From positions 9,092 through 73,091 of the forward strand of contig DATDZB010000001.1 in the NCBI GenBank assembly GCA_035288845.1: a stretch of 64,000 bases of DNA. The letters are read 5' to 3'. The notes under the pieces are model-generated. The model made no database searches. It was not told the DNA's origin and worked only from the letters and a program-made list of their open reading frames with translations. The position numbers and the translations under genes were made by a program. Numbering within the stretch: position 1 is the stretch's first letter; every line of letters starts with the position of its first letter. Source of the DNA: Candidatus Nanoarchaeia archaeon (GTDB taxonomy: Archaea; Nanobdellota; Nanobdellia; SCGC-AAA011-G17; GW2011-AR18). Shown piece by piece: positions 19,995 through 30,625 of this stretch.

Positions 19995-21194
19995 ATGCCT
20001 AGATCAAAAAAAGCTCAATCTGAAGGTGGAGCAGTAGCTGTAATTCTTATTATAATTGCTTTGTTTATGGTACTTTATTTATTGTTTATTTCTCCAGAAG
20101 AAAGGGAAAGAATTCTAGATTCAAATAACACAGGTAGTTCTATAGGTACATCTGGAAGATCTTCATTTTCAAGAATTGAATTAGTTGCAGAATCTCCTGG
20201 TTTGGTAACACCAACAAAAGAATTTGCAATTGTTCATCGGCTCCCTGGAGTCAATATTTTTCTTAAAGAGGAGCCAAGTTTTAAACCACTTTCATCTGAT
20301 TTAACTGTTTCAAGAACATTATTGTCTGAAAATTCTCCCACATTAAAATTTAATCTAGATCATTTAGAAGAAACTACAACAGCTAGTTTAATTTTCTCAG
20401 TAGAAGAATCAGAAGGAACTTTAGAATTAGAAATTAATGATAATATTTTTTACAGTAAACAAATACAAAAAAAAGGTGTAGAAATAGTAGAAATTCCTAA
20501 ATCTTCATTGATAGATAGAAATGAAATAAAATTTAGAGTTTCTTCTCCAGGAATAGCATTCTGGGCAACAAATAAATATCATCTAAAAGATATTAGTGTT
20601 AAACAAGAATATGTAAAAAGAAATAGAGAAGAAACAAGAACATTTACTATAACACCCCAAGAAAAATTAAACATGTTAAATACTAAATTAAAATATTCAC
20701 AAACATGCAACGATCCTTTACAAGACCAGCTTACAACTTTAGATATTTTAATTAATGATAAAAGATCACATACGGCAGAAGTAAGATGTGCTAATACAGA
20801 AGAAGAAATAGAAATAGATCCAGATTCATTAATTGCTGGATCAAATACTATTACTTTTAGATTGGAAAAAGGAGATTTTACTTTTAATCAATTAAAAATA
20901 GAAACAGAATCAAGAGAATCTGAAAGACCAACATATTTCTTCTCTTTAACAGACAGACAATTTGATGATATTCAAAGAGGAAGAAGAGGATTAAAATTAC
21001 AAATATTAATGGATAACAATCAAAGAGTTAAAAATGCTAGAATATTAATAAATAGTAATAATGTTCTAATGCAGGTAGAAAGAAATGATTTTGTTTTAGA
21101 CTTGAAAGATTATGTTCTAGAAGGAACAAACTTCATTAAATTAATTCCTGTAAATTCTTTCAATATTATAGGCTTTAAAGTAATTTTAGAATAA
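19995..21194 (+). CDS. Class III signal peptide protein with repeated beta-rich domains
   Basis: SKKA|QS plus TM helix; repeated (G)xN.I.F motifs; divergent from the peptidase gene. Confidence 0.75.
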   Translation: MPRSKKAQSEGGAVAVILIIIALFMVLYLLFISPEERERILDSNNTGSSIGTSGRSSFSRIELVAESPGLVTPTKEFAIVHRLPGVNIFLKEEPSFKPLSSDLTVSRTLLSENSPTLKFNLDHLEETTTASLIFSVEESEGTLELEINDNIFYSKQIQKKGVEIVEIPKSSLIDRNEIKFRVSSPGIAFWATNKYHLKDISVKQEYVKRNREETRTFTITPQEKLNMLNTKLKYSQTCNDPLQDQLTTLDILINDKRSHTAEVRCANTEEEIEIDPDSLIAGSNTITFRLEKGDFTFNQLKIETESRESERPTYFFSLTDRQFDDIQRGRRGLKLQILMDNNQRVKNARILINSNNVLMQVERNDFVLDLKDYVLEGTNFIKLIPVNSFNIIGFKVILE

Positions 21195-21205
21195 AAAGGT
21201 GATAA

Positions 21206-22522
21206 ATGACTAGTGCAACTGCTGGATCAATTCCAGGAAATCCATTTCAAGAAGTATTTGGTCCAATAGGTGGTTGGCTAAAAAAAGCATTATTTACTTT
21301 AATAGTTGGTCTGCTTTGGGCAGCAGTATTTGCTTTTGTTGTAGGTGCAGGTGTCTTCTTATTTTATCAATTTAGATCTGGAAATGTTGAATCTACAGTA
21401 GAGCATGTAAATGTTGCTGGACAAGAAACAGTAGGAAATCCTCTTAAATTAGCAATAAAACAAAATGCTCCAGGACTTTACTACACTTTTGTTGAACCTG
21501 AAAGTCTTCAACCATATGCAATAGATTCAGTAGTACAAAATAATAAAAATAATGAGGAACTAGGTGTTAAAATAGTAGAATTTGAACCGCAAGTTTCTTT
21601 CTTCAGACCAAATTCAGAAATTAGTTTAAGAGGAAGAATAAAAGCAAGAGGTTTAGACCAGCCAACAAAAATAGAAGTTTATTGTCAATTAGAAGAAGAA
21701 CAAATGATACCAGCAGAACTTCTTGGTACAAATGTTATTGGACTTAACATAGGAACTATATTCAAAGATCAAACAACAGAATTTAGAGTTAATTGTAATT
21801 TCCCAGATGGAGTTTCAACTACAAAAGCAATAGAATCTAGAACAGCAAAATTAGTTGTAATTTATGAATTTTCTACAGTATCTTCTCAGCGTATTTGGGC
21901 ACTAAATAGAGAATCTCTACAAGACTTGCAAAGCAAAGGAATAGACCCATTTGTACAATATGACAAAAGAGATCCATTAAAAGATAAAGATAATAAAATA
22001 AGAGCTGAACAAACTCCAGGACCAATCAACTTAGGTTTACAAATTGATTTCCCGCAGCCAATTACTACTAATTCAAGATATGAACTGCTTGTACAAATTG
22101 CACCACAATCATATGGGGTATTACAAGAACTTAACTACTTGAAAATAAAAGTTCCTGCAGTTAAAGATCTAAATTTAGCTCTACAAGGAGGAGAAGCTTT
22201 AGGTTCAGGATCAAAATGCGATTTTACTTATGCAGGACAAACAGATGATGGTTACAAAGAGTATCAATTAGTAGATTCCAAATTACAAGAAACAAATAAA
22301 GTGTGTGATAAAGAATTACTAAGAGAATATGCATTCACAGAACAAGCATGTTTAGAATTTTTCAAACAACCATTATTCAAATGTAATTTTATTGCAACAA
22401 CTGTACCAGAAACTTTACTTTCAGATTTAATAAAAGCAGAAGCACTTTATTCAGTTAAAGTAGAAAAGAAACTTGTTATAGACATTAAAGGTCCACCTTC
22501 AAGTGCTGCAGGAGTAGCTTAG
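21206..22522 (+). CDS. Membrane-anchored exported protein, Cys-containing
   Basis: N-terminal TM helix; AGGTGA Shine-Dalgarno; beta-rich ectodomain. Confidence 0.7.
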   Translation: MTSATAGSIPGNPFQEVFGPIGGWLKKALFTLIVGLLWAAVFAFVVGAGVFLFYQFRSGNVESTVEHVNVAGQETVGNPLKLAIKQNAPGLYYTFVEPESLQPYAIDSVVQNNKNNEELGVKIVEFEPQVSFFRPNSEISLRGRIKARGLDQPTKIEVYCQLEEEQMIPAELLGTNVIGLNIGTIFKDQTTEFRVNCNFPDGVSTTKAIESRTAKLVVIYEFSTVSSQRIWALNRESLQDLQSKGIDPFVQYDKRDPLKDKDNKIRAEQTPGPINLGLQIDFPQPITTNSRYELLVQIAPQSYGVLQELNYLKIKVPAVKDLNLALQGGEALGSGSKCDFTYAGQTDDGYKEYQLVDSKLQETNKVCDKELLREYAFTEQACLEFFKQPLFKCNFIATTVPETLLSDLIKAEALYSVKVEKKLVIDIKGPPSSAAGVA

Positions 22523-22530
22523 AATTAAAA

Positions 22531-23070
22531 ATGTGCTTTAGTAAAATTTCTACATTCTTTAAAAATTTAACAACAAATAAATTAGAATCTAAAAATAATA
22601 AAGAATTAGTAAATGAATTTATTAACTGTATAAAAAATTTCTACAAAGAAGTAGAAAAATTAGAACTTACTAGATATTTTATGAAATTAGAAAAGAAAGC
22701 AGTAAAAAAGAGAGTAGAATATGAATTATTTTTACTAGATAGGATTGAAGATATATTAGATGGGGACGAAGAAAGGAATGGGCCTTGGAGTTTTACGAAA
22801 GATGAAAAACATGAAATTAGTGAAGAATATCCAATTTTTAATATTTGTAACATGGCTCAGATTGAATTTCTAAGAGACTGGAAGCAAGAAGAAGGTGAAA
22901 GCGTGTTTCATCCATTTGCTGATGTAGAAATAAAAGCTTCTGAAGTAAGAAAATTAGATGAGGAAACTCAAGAAAAATTAATTAAATATAAAAGACTTGG
23001 TAGAGAAATAGCAACAGAACTATACAAAAGACTTGATCTTGAAGCTAGAAGAAGACTTAAAAAAATTTAA
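22531..23070 (+). CDS. Hypothetical protein
   Basis: 179-aa ORF. Confidence 0.6.
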   Translation: MCFSKISTFFKNLTTNKLESKNNKELVNEFINCIKNFYKEVEKLELTRYFMKLEKKAVKKRVEYELFLLDRIEDILDGDEERNGPWSFTKDEKHEISEEYPIFNICNMAQIEFLRDWKQEEGESVFHPFADVEIKASEVRKLDEETQEKLIKYKRLGREIATELYKRLDLEARRRLKKI

Positions 23071-23118
23071 ATCAAGAACATAGAAATCTTTTTAACTACG
23101 AATTTATCTTAATTTACT

Positions 23119-24057
23119 ATGAAATTAAAGTGGTGTTATCTAGTTATTGTTTTATTATTAATATTAACAGCTTGTTCTTCAATTTCAGATAGAATTCCTT
23201 TTTTAGGTGGAAAACAAGCACCAGTTGGAGGTTCAGGATTAACTTTAACTTTTGTAAATGTTCCAGCAAATAATGAATTAATTTATGAAGGAGCAGAATT
23301 CGATGTTGAAGTAGCTTTAGAAAATAATATCGTAAATGAACAAGGATTAACTGGCAGAATATGTTTACAAGATGATTTAACTGATAACTTTGGCGGAATT
23401 ACTTCAAATCTATGTCAAAATTTTAATTTACCTTCAGCTACAAAATCTTCTAATGGTAAAGTTACATCAGTACAAGAAAATTTCCTTTTCAAACCACAGC
23501 CCTATAAGGGATTACAAAAAGAACTAGAGCTTTCAAATAGTATAAATGCAGTTGTTGCATATGAACTAGAATCTATTTCTGGTTCTGAAGTGTGTATAAA
23601 AAGAAGAGAAGCAGAAGTAGCAAATTGTCTTAACCAACAAAAATTAGAGACAAGACAATCAGATTTACCTCTAAAAATACAAAGTATTGAAGCAAAAGTT
23701 TCATCAAAAGATCAATCAGAATATGTAGTTATATTAGATATTAGTTTAGAAAAAGCAACAAAAGGACAACTTTTAACTCCAGGAAGTATAACTTCTGGTA
23801 GTATAGAAGCACCAACAGCAGAAGTGAATTTTGAAATAAGCATTGATGGAAAACCTATAAAATGTAATACTGCTTCTGCAGGCAAAGTAACATTTAGATC
23901 TAATGAAAACGAAAAACTTATTAAATGCACAGGACCTATAACATTAAATCAAGATTCAATCATGGCACAAATAACTATGAAAATGAGTTATGGTTTCAAG
24001 CAGACTTTAAATGGTCCAAAAATTAGATTAATAAAAAATGAGGAATTGATAACATGA
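23119..24057 (+). CDS. Putative lipoprotein
   Basis: Lipobox-like LTAC; beta-rich, Cys pairs. Confidence 0.75.
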   Translation: MKLKWCYLVIVLLLILTACSSISDRIPFLGGKQAPVGGSGLTLTFVNVPANNELIYEGAEFDVEVALENNIVNEQGLTGRICLQDDLTDNFGGITSNLCQNFNLPSATKSSNGKVTSVQENFLFKPQPYKGLQKELELSNSINAVVAYELESISGSEVCIKRREAEVANCLNQQKLETRQSDLPLKIQSIEAKVSSKDQSEYVVILDISLEKATKGQLLTPGSITSGSIEAPTAEVNFEISIDGKPIKCNTASAGKVTFRSNENEKLIKCTGPITLNQDSIMAQITMKMSYGFKQTLNGPKIRLIKNEELIT

Positions 24058-25007
24058 AAAAAATTACAATTGCATTCTTAGTTTTGATGTGTTTACTCTT
24101 AGTTCTATCTGGTTGTAAGGGAAATAAAACACCAAAAAACACAACTGGTTTTATTGGAGGAACAGAAGGAATATCTTCTCAAATAACTATTGAATCAACT
24201 TCAGGAAATAATAATGTTTTTGATAATGGTGTAGATCCTTTCTATATAGATGTTACTTTAGAAAATAAAGGTGAAGACGAGGCAGCAGAAGGAGAAGTTC
24301 TAGTAACTTTAGATAATATTAATTTTAATGCTTTCCAAATACAAGATCCTACAAAAAGAAATGATATATCTCTTTCTGGTTTAAGAAAAGAAGGCGGAAA
24401 AACAACAGATGCAGCACAAACAATAGTTAGATTTAATGCAAATTACAAACCAGATGAAGTAGCAGATAGAACAGTTTCATTATCAGTAAATTCTTGTTAT
24501 AAATATCAAACAATATCTAGAGTAAAAGATCTTTGTTTAAGAAAAAAAATAACAAGTCCAGGAACAACAGATACATGTAAAGTAGATGAAGCAAAAATAG
24601 CTGAAAATTCAGGTGCTCCATTCAGAATTAAAACATTTACTGAAAGTCCTGCTGGAGAAAATAAAGTTAGAATATTTATTGAAGCAATGAATGAAGGAAA
24701 AGGAACTATTTACAGCAAAGATTATTTATCTCAAGGAAAATGCATTGATAGTGAAGAAAATAAAAACAAGATCTATGCAAAAATACAATTAACAGAAGTT
24801 ACAAATAGTGCCAGCATAATTACTTGTTCAGGATTAGATAAAAATGAAGGAAATTTAAATGTTATACAAAATAAAGTTCAATTATCTTGTATGATTGATA
24901 CTTCAAGTTTACAAGATTCAACATTTGAAACACCATTACAAGTAACATTTGATTATGTTTACAAAGATGGTGCTACAACAACATTAACAATTAAAAGTTC
25001 TATTTAA
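24054..25007 (+). CDS. Putative lipoprotein, likely paralog of upstream gene
   Basis: Lipobox-like LSGC; FYIDVTLEN resembles FDVEVALEN of upstream gene. Confidence 0.75.
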   Translation: MKKITIAFLVLMCLLLVLSGCKGNKTPKNTTGFIGGTEGISSQITIESTSGNNNVFDNGVDPFYIDVTLENKGEDEAAEGEVLVTLDNINFNAFQIQDPTKRNDISLSGLRKEGGKTTDAAQTIVRFNANYKPDEVADRTVSLSVNSCYKYQTISRVKDLCLRKKITSPGTTDTCKVDEAKIAENSGAPFRIKTFTESPAGENKVRIFIEAMNEGKGTIYSKDYLSQGKCIDSEENKNKIYAKIQLTEVTNSASIITCSGLDKNEGNLNVIQNKVQLSCMIDTSSLQDSTFETPLQVTFDYVYKDGATTTLTIKSSI

Positions 25008-25010
25008 CAA

Positions 25011-25244
25011 ATGGAAAAAAGAGATTTAATAATTGTAATCTTATCTATTTTACTTTTAATTTCTATTTTATTTAGTTTTTATATCTTTTTCAAAGAACAA
25101 AAACTAGAATCACAAATACAAAACATAGCTGATAAAGCAATAGAAGGATTTAACATTTCTAGAAATGAATTCGACAAAATAGATACAAGATTAACAAATT
25201 TAGAAGACAACATAATAAATTCAAATAATAATACAAACTCTTAA
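25011..25244 (+). CDS. Small membrane-anchored coiled-coil protein
   Basis: Single TM helix plus short helical tail. Confidence 0.6.
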   Translation: MEKRDLIIVILSILLLISILFSFYIFFKEQKLESQIQNIADKAIEGFNISRNEFDKIDTRLTNLEDNIINSNNNTNS

Positions 25245-25268
25245 ATAGGGTTATTTTATTGCTTTTTT

Positions 25269-25697
25269 ATGCCTATTAAACAAGGTAGCAAAGTAAAAGT
25301 AGAATATACTGGTAAATTAGAAGATGGTTCTATTTTTGATAGTTCTAAGAATCATGGAGTTCCTTTAGAATTTGAAGTTGGGGCTGGTCAGATAATTCAA
25401 GGTTTTGATGAAGCAATAATTGGAATGGAAAAAAACGATCAAAAAGAAGTTAAAATTCCAGCAGAAAAGGCTTATGGAACTTACAATCCAGAATTAACAA
25501 GACAAATACCAAGAGATAGTTTTCCTGAAGATCAAGAAGTTAAAGTTGGAATGATAGTAGGTTTACAATTACCAAATGGAGCTCAATTTCCAGCAAAAAT
25601 AGTTGATTTAAACGAACAAGAAATAACTTTAGATCTAAATCATCCTTTAGCAGGAAAAACTTTAATATTTGAAATAAAGATAGTTGATTATTCTTAG
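25269..25697 (+). CDS. slyD: FKBP-type peptidyl-prolyl isomerase (SlyD-like)
   Basis: YTGKLEDGSIFDSS, AYG, DLNHPLAGKTL. Confidence 0.95.
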   Translation: MPIKQGSKVKVEYTGKLEDGSIFDSSKNHGVPLEFEVGAGQIIQGFDEAIIGMEKNDQKEVKIPAEKAYGTYNPELTRQIPRDSFPEDQEVKVGMIVGLQLPNGAQFPAKIVDLNEQEITLDLNHPLAGKTLIFEIKIVDYS

Positions 25698-25763
25698 AAA
25701 TGTATTAATTATATATTTTTGATTATAATCTTCTTTAAATATTTAAAAATTTACTAAAATAAT

Positions 25764-26243
25764 ATGGGGGAAGTTATAAATTTAGATTTTTCAACAAACA
25801 ATCATTGGTTTGGAATGTCTAAGCCAAAACCTCAACCAACTGAAGAAAATCAACTAAGTAAATATGCTGCAGCTATAACTGCCTTCAGAGAATATGCAAA
25901 ACAGCAAGATCTTGGAGAAGTTGTAGACAATGAAGGCGAGAATGTTTATGAAGACATGTGTAGAAGAAAAATAGGGAACTTTGCACACGGTTGGCACCAC
26001 AATTTATCAACTCCTTCAAGAAATTCACCAACACTATCTGCGAGAGTTGAAGCATTCAAGGAAGCAAATCTTAGAACTTATGGTTCTATTGTAATAAATG
26101 TAGAAGGTCCTTCTGATTTAATCCAAAAAATAAAATATGCAACAGAAAATGCTCCTGATTTACCCCTGGAAGAAACAATGGCATTAGGCAGAAAATTTAC
26201 AGCAACTAAATCAGAATGTTATGGTTATTGCAGAAGAGATTAG
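25764..26243 (+). CDS. Hypothetical protein
   Basis: 159-aa ORF. Confidence 0.6.
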   Translation: MGEVINLDFSTNNHWFGMSKPKPQPTEENQLSKYAAAITAFREYAKQQDLGEVVDNEGENVYEDMCRRKIGNFAHGWHHNLSTPSRNSPTLSARVEAFKEANLRTYGSIVINVEGPSDLIQKIKYATENAPDLPLEETMALGRKFTATKSECYGYCRRD

Positions 26244-26278
26244 GAAATTCTTATAAGTAAATAAAATAACTTAATTTT

Positions 26279-27517
26279 ATGGAATTATTTGGTGATTTTC
26301 ACATTCACGGAAGATATGCACAAGCATGTTCTAAGTTAACAACTTTAGAAGATTTAGAAAGAAATTCAAGAATAAAAGGATTAAATGTTCTAGGAACTGG
26401 AGATGCTCAACATCCAAAATGGAGAACAGAAGAAATAGATAAAAAATTAACAGAAGATGAAAATGGAATTCTTTGGACGAAAACAAAATTTCCATTTATT
26501 CTAACAACAGAAATAGCTTTATTTTATTCACAAGGTGGAAAAGGAAGAAAAGTACATCAAGTAGTTTTACTTCCAAATAAAGAAATTCTAGACCAATTTA
26601 GAGATGCATTATTAAAAAAAGGCAGAATAGATTATGATGGCAGACCAATTTTTGGAATGTCAAGTATTGAATTTGTAGATTTTGTTAGAGCAATAAGTCC
26701 AGATATTGAAATAATTCCGGCCCATGTTTGGACTTCTTGGATGGCAATTTTTGGATCTAAATCTGGATTCGATTCTGTAGAAGAATGCTTTGAAGATAAT
26801 GCTAAACATATTCATGCATTGGAAACAGGAATTTCAAGTAATCCAGCAATGAATAGAAGAATTTCTTCTTTAGATAAATATAATTTAGTTTCATTTTCAG
26901 ATCCACATTCTTCACATCCTTCAAGATTAGGAAGAGAATCAACAATGTTTAATATTAAAAAATTAACTTACAAAGAAATTTTAAATGCAATAAGAACTGG
27001 TGAAGGATTAAAAGGAACAATTGAGTGTAATCCAGAATACGGAAAATATCATTACGATGGTCATAGAAATTGTAATGTTTACTTAACACCAGCAGAATCT
27101 AGAAAATTAAATGGAATTTGTCCTAAATGTAAACAGCCATTAACAATTGGTGTTGAATATAGAATAGAACAATTAGCAGATAGAGAAAAACCAATAAATG
27201 TTCCATACTCAAAAGAAGTTTTACCCTTACATGAATTAATAAAATCAATTTATGGAATGCAATCTTTTACTTCAAAAAAAATACAAGGCCTTTATGATAA
27301 TTTAATTAAAAATTTTAAAAGTGAATATAACATTTTACTTAATTGTCAAGAAGATGATTTGAAAAAAGTAGTTCATCCAAATCTAGCAAAAGTAATTTTA
27401 CTAAATAGAGAAAATAAAATAAAAATTAAACCAGGTTATGATGGTGTTTATGGTGAATTGCAAATTGAAGATTTACAAATAAAAGAGAAACCACAAAAAA
27501 GTTTGAAAGATTTTTAA
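26279..27517 (+). CDS. endoQ: Endonuclease Q family protein (PHP domain plus zinc ribbon)
   Basis: DFHIH, GTGD, PAHVWT, SDPHS, GKYHYDGHRNC, CPKC, PGYDGVYG. Confidence 0.92.
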   Translation: MELFGDFHIHGRYAQACSKLTTLEDLERNSRIKGLNVLGTGDAQHPKWRTEEIDKKLTEDENGILWTKTKFPFILTTEIALFYSQGGKGRKVHQVVLLPNKEILDQFRDALLKKGRIDYDGRPIFGMSSIEFVDFVRAISPDIEIIPAHVWTSWMAIFGSKSGFDSVEECFEDNAKHIHALETGISSNPAMNRRISSLDKYNLVSFSDPHSSHPSRLGRESTMFNIKKLTYKEILNAIRTGEGLKGTIECNPEYGKYHYDGHRNCNVYLTPAESRKLNGICPKCKQPLTIGVEYRIEQLADREKPINVPYSKEVLPLHELIKSIYGMQSFTSKKIQGLYDNLIKNFKSEYNILLNCQEDDLKKVVHPNLAKVILLNRENKIKIKPGYDGVYGELQIEDLQIKEKPQKSLKDF

Positions 27518-27564
27518 TCAAAGTATTTAATAAAATATATAAATAGAAAAAAGGATTAATAATA

Positions 27565-28158
27565 ATGGCTGTTGATAAATCACGAAAGTTAATTTTAGAG
27601 GCTGAGAAGTCTTTAAGGTTATGTTCTAAAAATCTAAACAACATTGATCCGAAAATAGGGGAAGAAATATGTGATGTGGTCAGTAATTTAATAATAATAT
27701 TAAATGCAACGGTAGATGTTTTAGAAAGAATAATTTCTCCATCTAAAGATAAAAATGAATTAAAAAAATTAGTTTCTTCTATTCAAGATGAATTAATAAA
27801 AGGCAGAAAAAGTTTAAACAATAAAAATGATTTAAATTCAAGGAAAAAAATACCTGATTCAGATTTTGAAAATATAATTGCTGCAATAGAATCTTTAAAT
27901 TATTCGATTTATAATCTCACTGATTTTATTGATAAAATTATAGGAAATTTAGTTTTTAACACCTTTCCTATAGATTTAAATGAAAAGATTATAAATCTAG
28001 CAGTTTCAGAAATAAGGGACAGGTGGTTGATGGAAGCTTCAAGAAAAATGAGCGAAGTCAGTCGTAAAACAGATATAAATTTATTTAACTCAATTAGCCC
28101 TTTGTCTTATGTTGTTAGAGACTTAATGTACGCTAGTATAGAATTAACTAAGGGTTAG
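27565..28158 (+). CDS. Hypothetical helical protein
   Basis: 197-aa ORF. Confidence 0.6.
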   Translation: MAVDKSRKLILEAEKSLRLCSKNLNNIDPKIGEEICDVVSNLIIILNATVDVLERIISPSKDKNELKKLVSSIQDELIKGRKSLNNKNDLNSRKKIPDSDFENIIAAIESLNYSIYNLTDFIDKIIGNLVFNTFPIDLNEKIINLAVSEIRDRWLMEASRKMSEVSRKTDINLFNSISPLSYVVRDLMYASIELTKG

Positions 28159-28161
28159 ATT

Positions 28162-28932
28162 TTAACCAATATAATTAGTAAACTCTTTTTTACCAGATTT
28201 AATTTCTTCCTTTTTAATTATACTTTTTAATTTATCATTGATTTCTTTCTCTATAGCTTTAACTTCTTTATTTAATTCTTGAATATTCAAATTTAATTTT
28301 AATTTACGATTAAGAACATTCAAAAGTTCTTTAGCTTCTTTAATTCCTAAATAACTAGGTAATCCTAAAGTTTCAACTAATAAAATAACTCCATTTATAT
28401 TTCTATTTTGAGCTAATCCAAGTAATAAACCACTAACACCGACAATAGGACCAACAACTCCCTCAGCACTTTTAACTTGTGCATCTAAGTATTTGTTAAT
28501 AGTTTTAGTATTATTTCCTGCACAATATAATTTAATTTCTTTAGGTAATTCATTTAAACCAATTCCACCTAAAGTAACTATTTCTTTAACTTTTAATTTC
28601 TGAAACAAATCTAATAGGTTTTCACAAAATTCATAACAACTTTTCTCTTCTGAAGGTTGTACATCTCCAGAAATAAGAAGAAAATCATTTTTATTTATTT
28701 TTTTATGATATATCTCTATTTTAGGAAGTTCAACTAAACCATTTTCACTTAAAAAAACACAATTAGGAAAACTATCTGAATTTAATTCATAAATTTTAGT
28801 AGCTTCCAAAGCTTCTATAATAAAATCAACTGCAATTTTTCCGACATTTCCCATTCCAGGAAGTCCTTCTATAACTATAGGTTCCTTCACAATAACCTTA
28901 GCAAAATTCTTTATCATCCAATTACTATTCAT
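28162..28932 (-). CDS. PAC2-family proteasome assembly chaperone
   Basis: EGLPGMGNVGKIA, GDVQP, TLGG, GVSGLLLG; C-terminal YIG. Confidence 0.92.
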   Translation of the reverse strand: MNSNWMIKNFAKVIVKEPIVIEGLPGMGNVGKIAVDFIIEALEATKIYELNSDSFPNCVFLSENGLVELPKIEIYHKKINKNDFLLISGDVQPSEEKSCYEFCENLLDLFQKLKVKEIVTLGGIGLNELPKEIKLYCAGNNTKTINKYLDAQVKSAEGVVGPIVGVSGLLLGLAQNRNINGVILLVETLGLPSYLGIKEAKELLNVLNRKLKLNLNIQELNKEVKAIEKEINDKLKSIIKKEEIKSGKKEFTNYIG

Positions 28933-29007
28933 GTATAAATTTACGAATTAAATACTTATAAACTTTAGTATAATTAAGTATATAAAGCCAAAATATAATT
29001 TTACGTT

Positions 29008-29652
29008 ATGGCAAAGAAACCAAAATTCAAAGGTAAAGTAGTAATTGATGATCCAGAAAATGTAAAAATTAATGATATTAAACCAAATATAAAAAGATCA
29101 ATAAGTTTTCAAGAAGGTTCTTGGTTTTATAACCAAATGCTTGTTAAGTTAAGCAACCTAACCAAGGATTTTATAAAGGGAATAAATGAAGATCTTGCTC
29201 CTCCAGGGGAAAAGATGACAACTGAAGCAGAATTAACTATAAATGCACATTATATGGAAAATGTAGTTCATGACTTACGGGATTCCTTTGACTCAAAAGT
29301 AGTAATGGGAACTCCAGGAAGCATCTTTAGAGAAATATACTATGAAATTGATTTCTCTGTTGAAGGAAAAACTGGTTTTTGTGTGGTTGTAAGATTAGAA
29401 GAAATAGAAACCGGAGTAGATAAAGATTTTATAAATAATTTAGGAGAGAAAAAGTTCGAAGATAAATGGAAAGATAAAGCTTCAATAGCAGCTATTTATA
29501 TGTGTGATTTTTTCCCAGAACAAATGTCTAGGGACTTTGGAAATAATTGGAAAGAAATATTTTTAACAAAAGCAGACGATTTAAGAAATAAATTAGCAAA
29601 AGAATTTTCAATAGGAAAAAAATATATTCGTTTAAGTATTTCTAAGTATTAA
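29008..29652 (+). CDS. Hypothetical protein inserted in opposite orientation between nop10 and PAC2
   Basis: 214-aa ORF. Confidence 0.65.
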   Translation: MAKKPKFKGKVVIDDPENVKINDIKPNIKRSISFQEGSWFYNQMLVKLSNLTKDFIKGINEDLAPPGEKMTTEAELTINAHYMENVVHDLRDSFDSKVVMGTPGSIFREIYYEIDFSVEGKTGFCVVVRLEEIETGVDKDFINNLGEKKFEDKWKDKASIAAIYMCDFFPEQMSRDFGNNWKEIFLTKADDLRNKLAKEFSIGKKYIRLSISKY

Positions 29653-29814
29653 TTATTCTAAATGTTTTTTCTTGTAAAGTCTTCTGTAGAAACCATATTT
29701 ATCATCAGGTCTAAATTTAGCAGGCTTAGGAGAAACTGCTTTTCCTCCACAACTACAAATTTCTTCCATTGTGTATTTACTACAAGAAGTGCATTTAAGA
29801 ATCTGATTTATCAT
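29653..29814 (-). CDS. nop10: H/ACA RNP protein Nop10; absent from ORF track
   Basis: MINQILKCTSCSKYTMEEICSCGGKAVSPKPAKFRPDDKYGFYRR...; canonical position after aIF-2alpha. Confidence 0.93.
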   Translation of the reverse strand: MINQILKCTSCSKYTMEEICSCGGKAVSPKPAKFRPDDKYGFYRRLYKKKHLE

Positions 29815-30580
29815 TTTTCGCAAAATTCATTTCACAATTTAATTTTTTAGCTAAAATAACTGCTTCATCTAAAAATTCTTTTAATTTACCTTCAGCTATT
29901 TTGTAATCTTTAGAAATAACTTCTAATTTATATTTAGGCGCACCCAAGTAACTAACATTTACACCTTTATTGACTGCTTTAGATAATATACTTTTTATAT
30001 CTTCTAATCCATTACTATTATCAGATTTTAAATTTAAAATTCCTTTTACACTAACTTCTATAGGTTTTATCTTTTCTTTCACAAATTTATATAAGTCTTC
30101 AGAAAGTTTAGAACTGACTTTTAAATCTGTAACTGCTTTTTTATCATATTCAGATATTGCTTGGAAAAACATATTCAAGCTTCCATATTTTTCAATAGCT
30201 TTGTAACCAAGATCATTATAAGCAGCTTTAAGATCCATGCCCAAATTTTTCGCAATTTGTTCAACTAATTTTTCAGCTTTTTCTTCATTTTTATAATCTT
30301 TTAATTTATTTATTCTTAAATTTGTAGTAACTCTTCTTAAAGATAAATCAATATTTCCTTGTAGGTTAATATTAAGAACTTTACAAACAATAACTCTTCC
30401 TTCAGTTACAAAATCTCTTAAATTTCTAATTCTACCAGGTGAAATTTCTGAAATATGATTCATACCTTCTAAATTTTGATATTCATCTATGCTAACAAAA
30501 ACAGAATGCGGTAATATCTTTCTAACTGTACAAACTACTAATTCTCCAATTTCTGGTTTTCCTGGTTTCTTGTAAAACAT
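29795..30580 (-). CDS. eif2a: Translation initiation factor 2 alpha subunit
   Basis: PEIGELVVCTV S1 domain, HISEI, IDLSLRRV, YLGAPKY. Confidence 0.96.
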   Translation of the reverse strand: MFYKKPGKPEIGELVVCTVRKILPHSVFVSIDEYQNLEGMNHISEISPGRIRNLRDFVTEGRVIVCKVLNINLQGNIDLSLRRVTTNLRINKLKDYKNEEKAEKLVEQIAKNLGMDLKAAYNDLGYKAIEKYGSLNMFFQAISEYDKKAVTDLKVSSKLSEDLYKFVKEKIKPIEVSVKGILNLKSDNSNGLEDIKSILSKAVNKGVNVSYLGAPKYKLEVISKDYKIAEGKLKEFLDEAVILAKKLNCEMNFAKNDKSDS

Positions 30581-30625
30581 AAAAATAATAGAACTTAAGA
30601 GTATTTTTAAATATATCTAAATAAA

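Noticed and set aside
29662..29850. 62-aa plus-strand ORF
   Set aside because: Antisense to nop10
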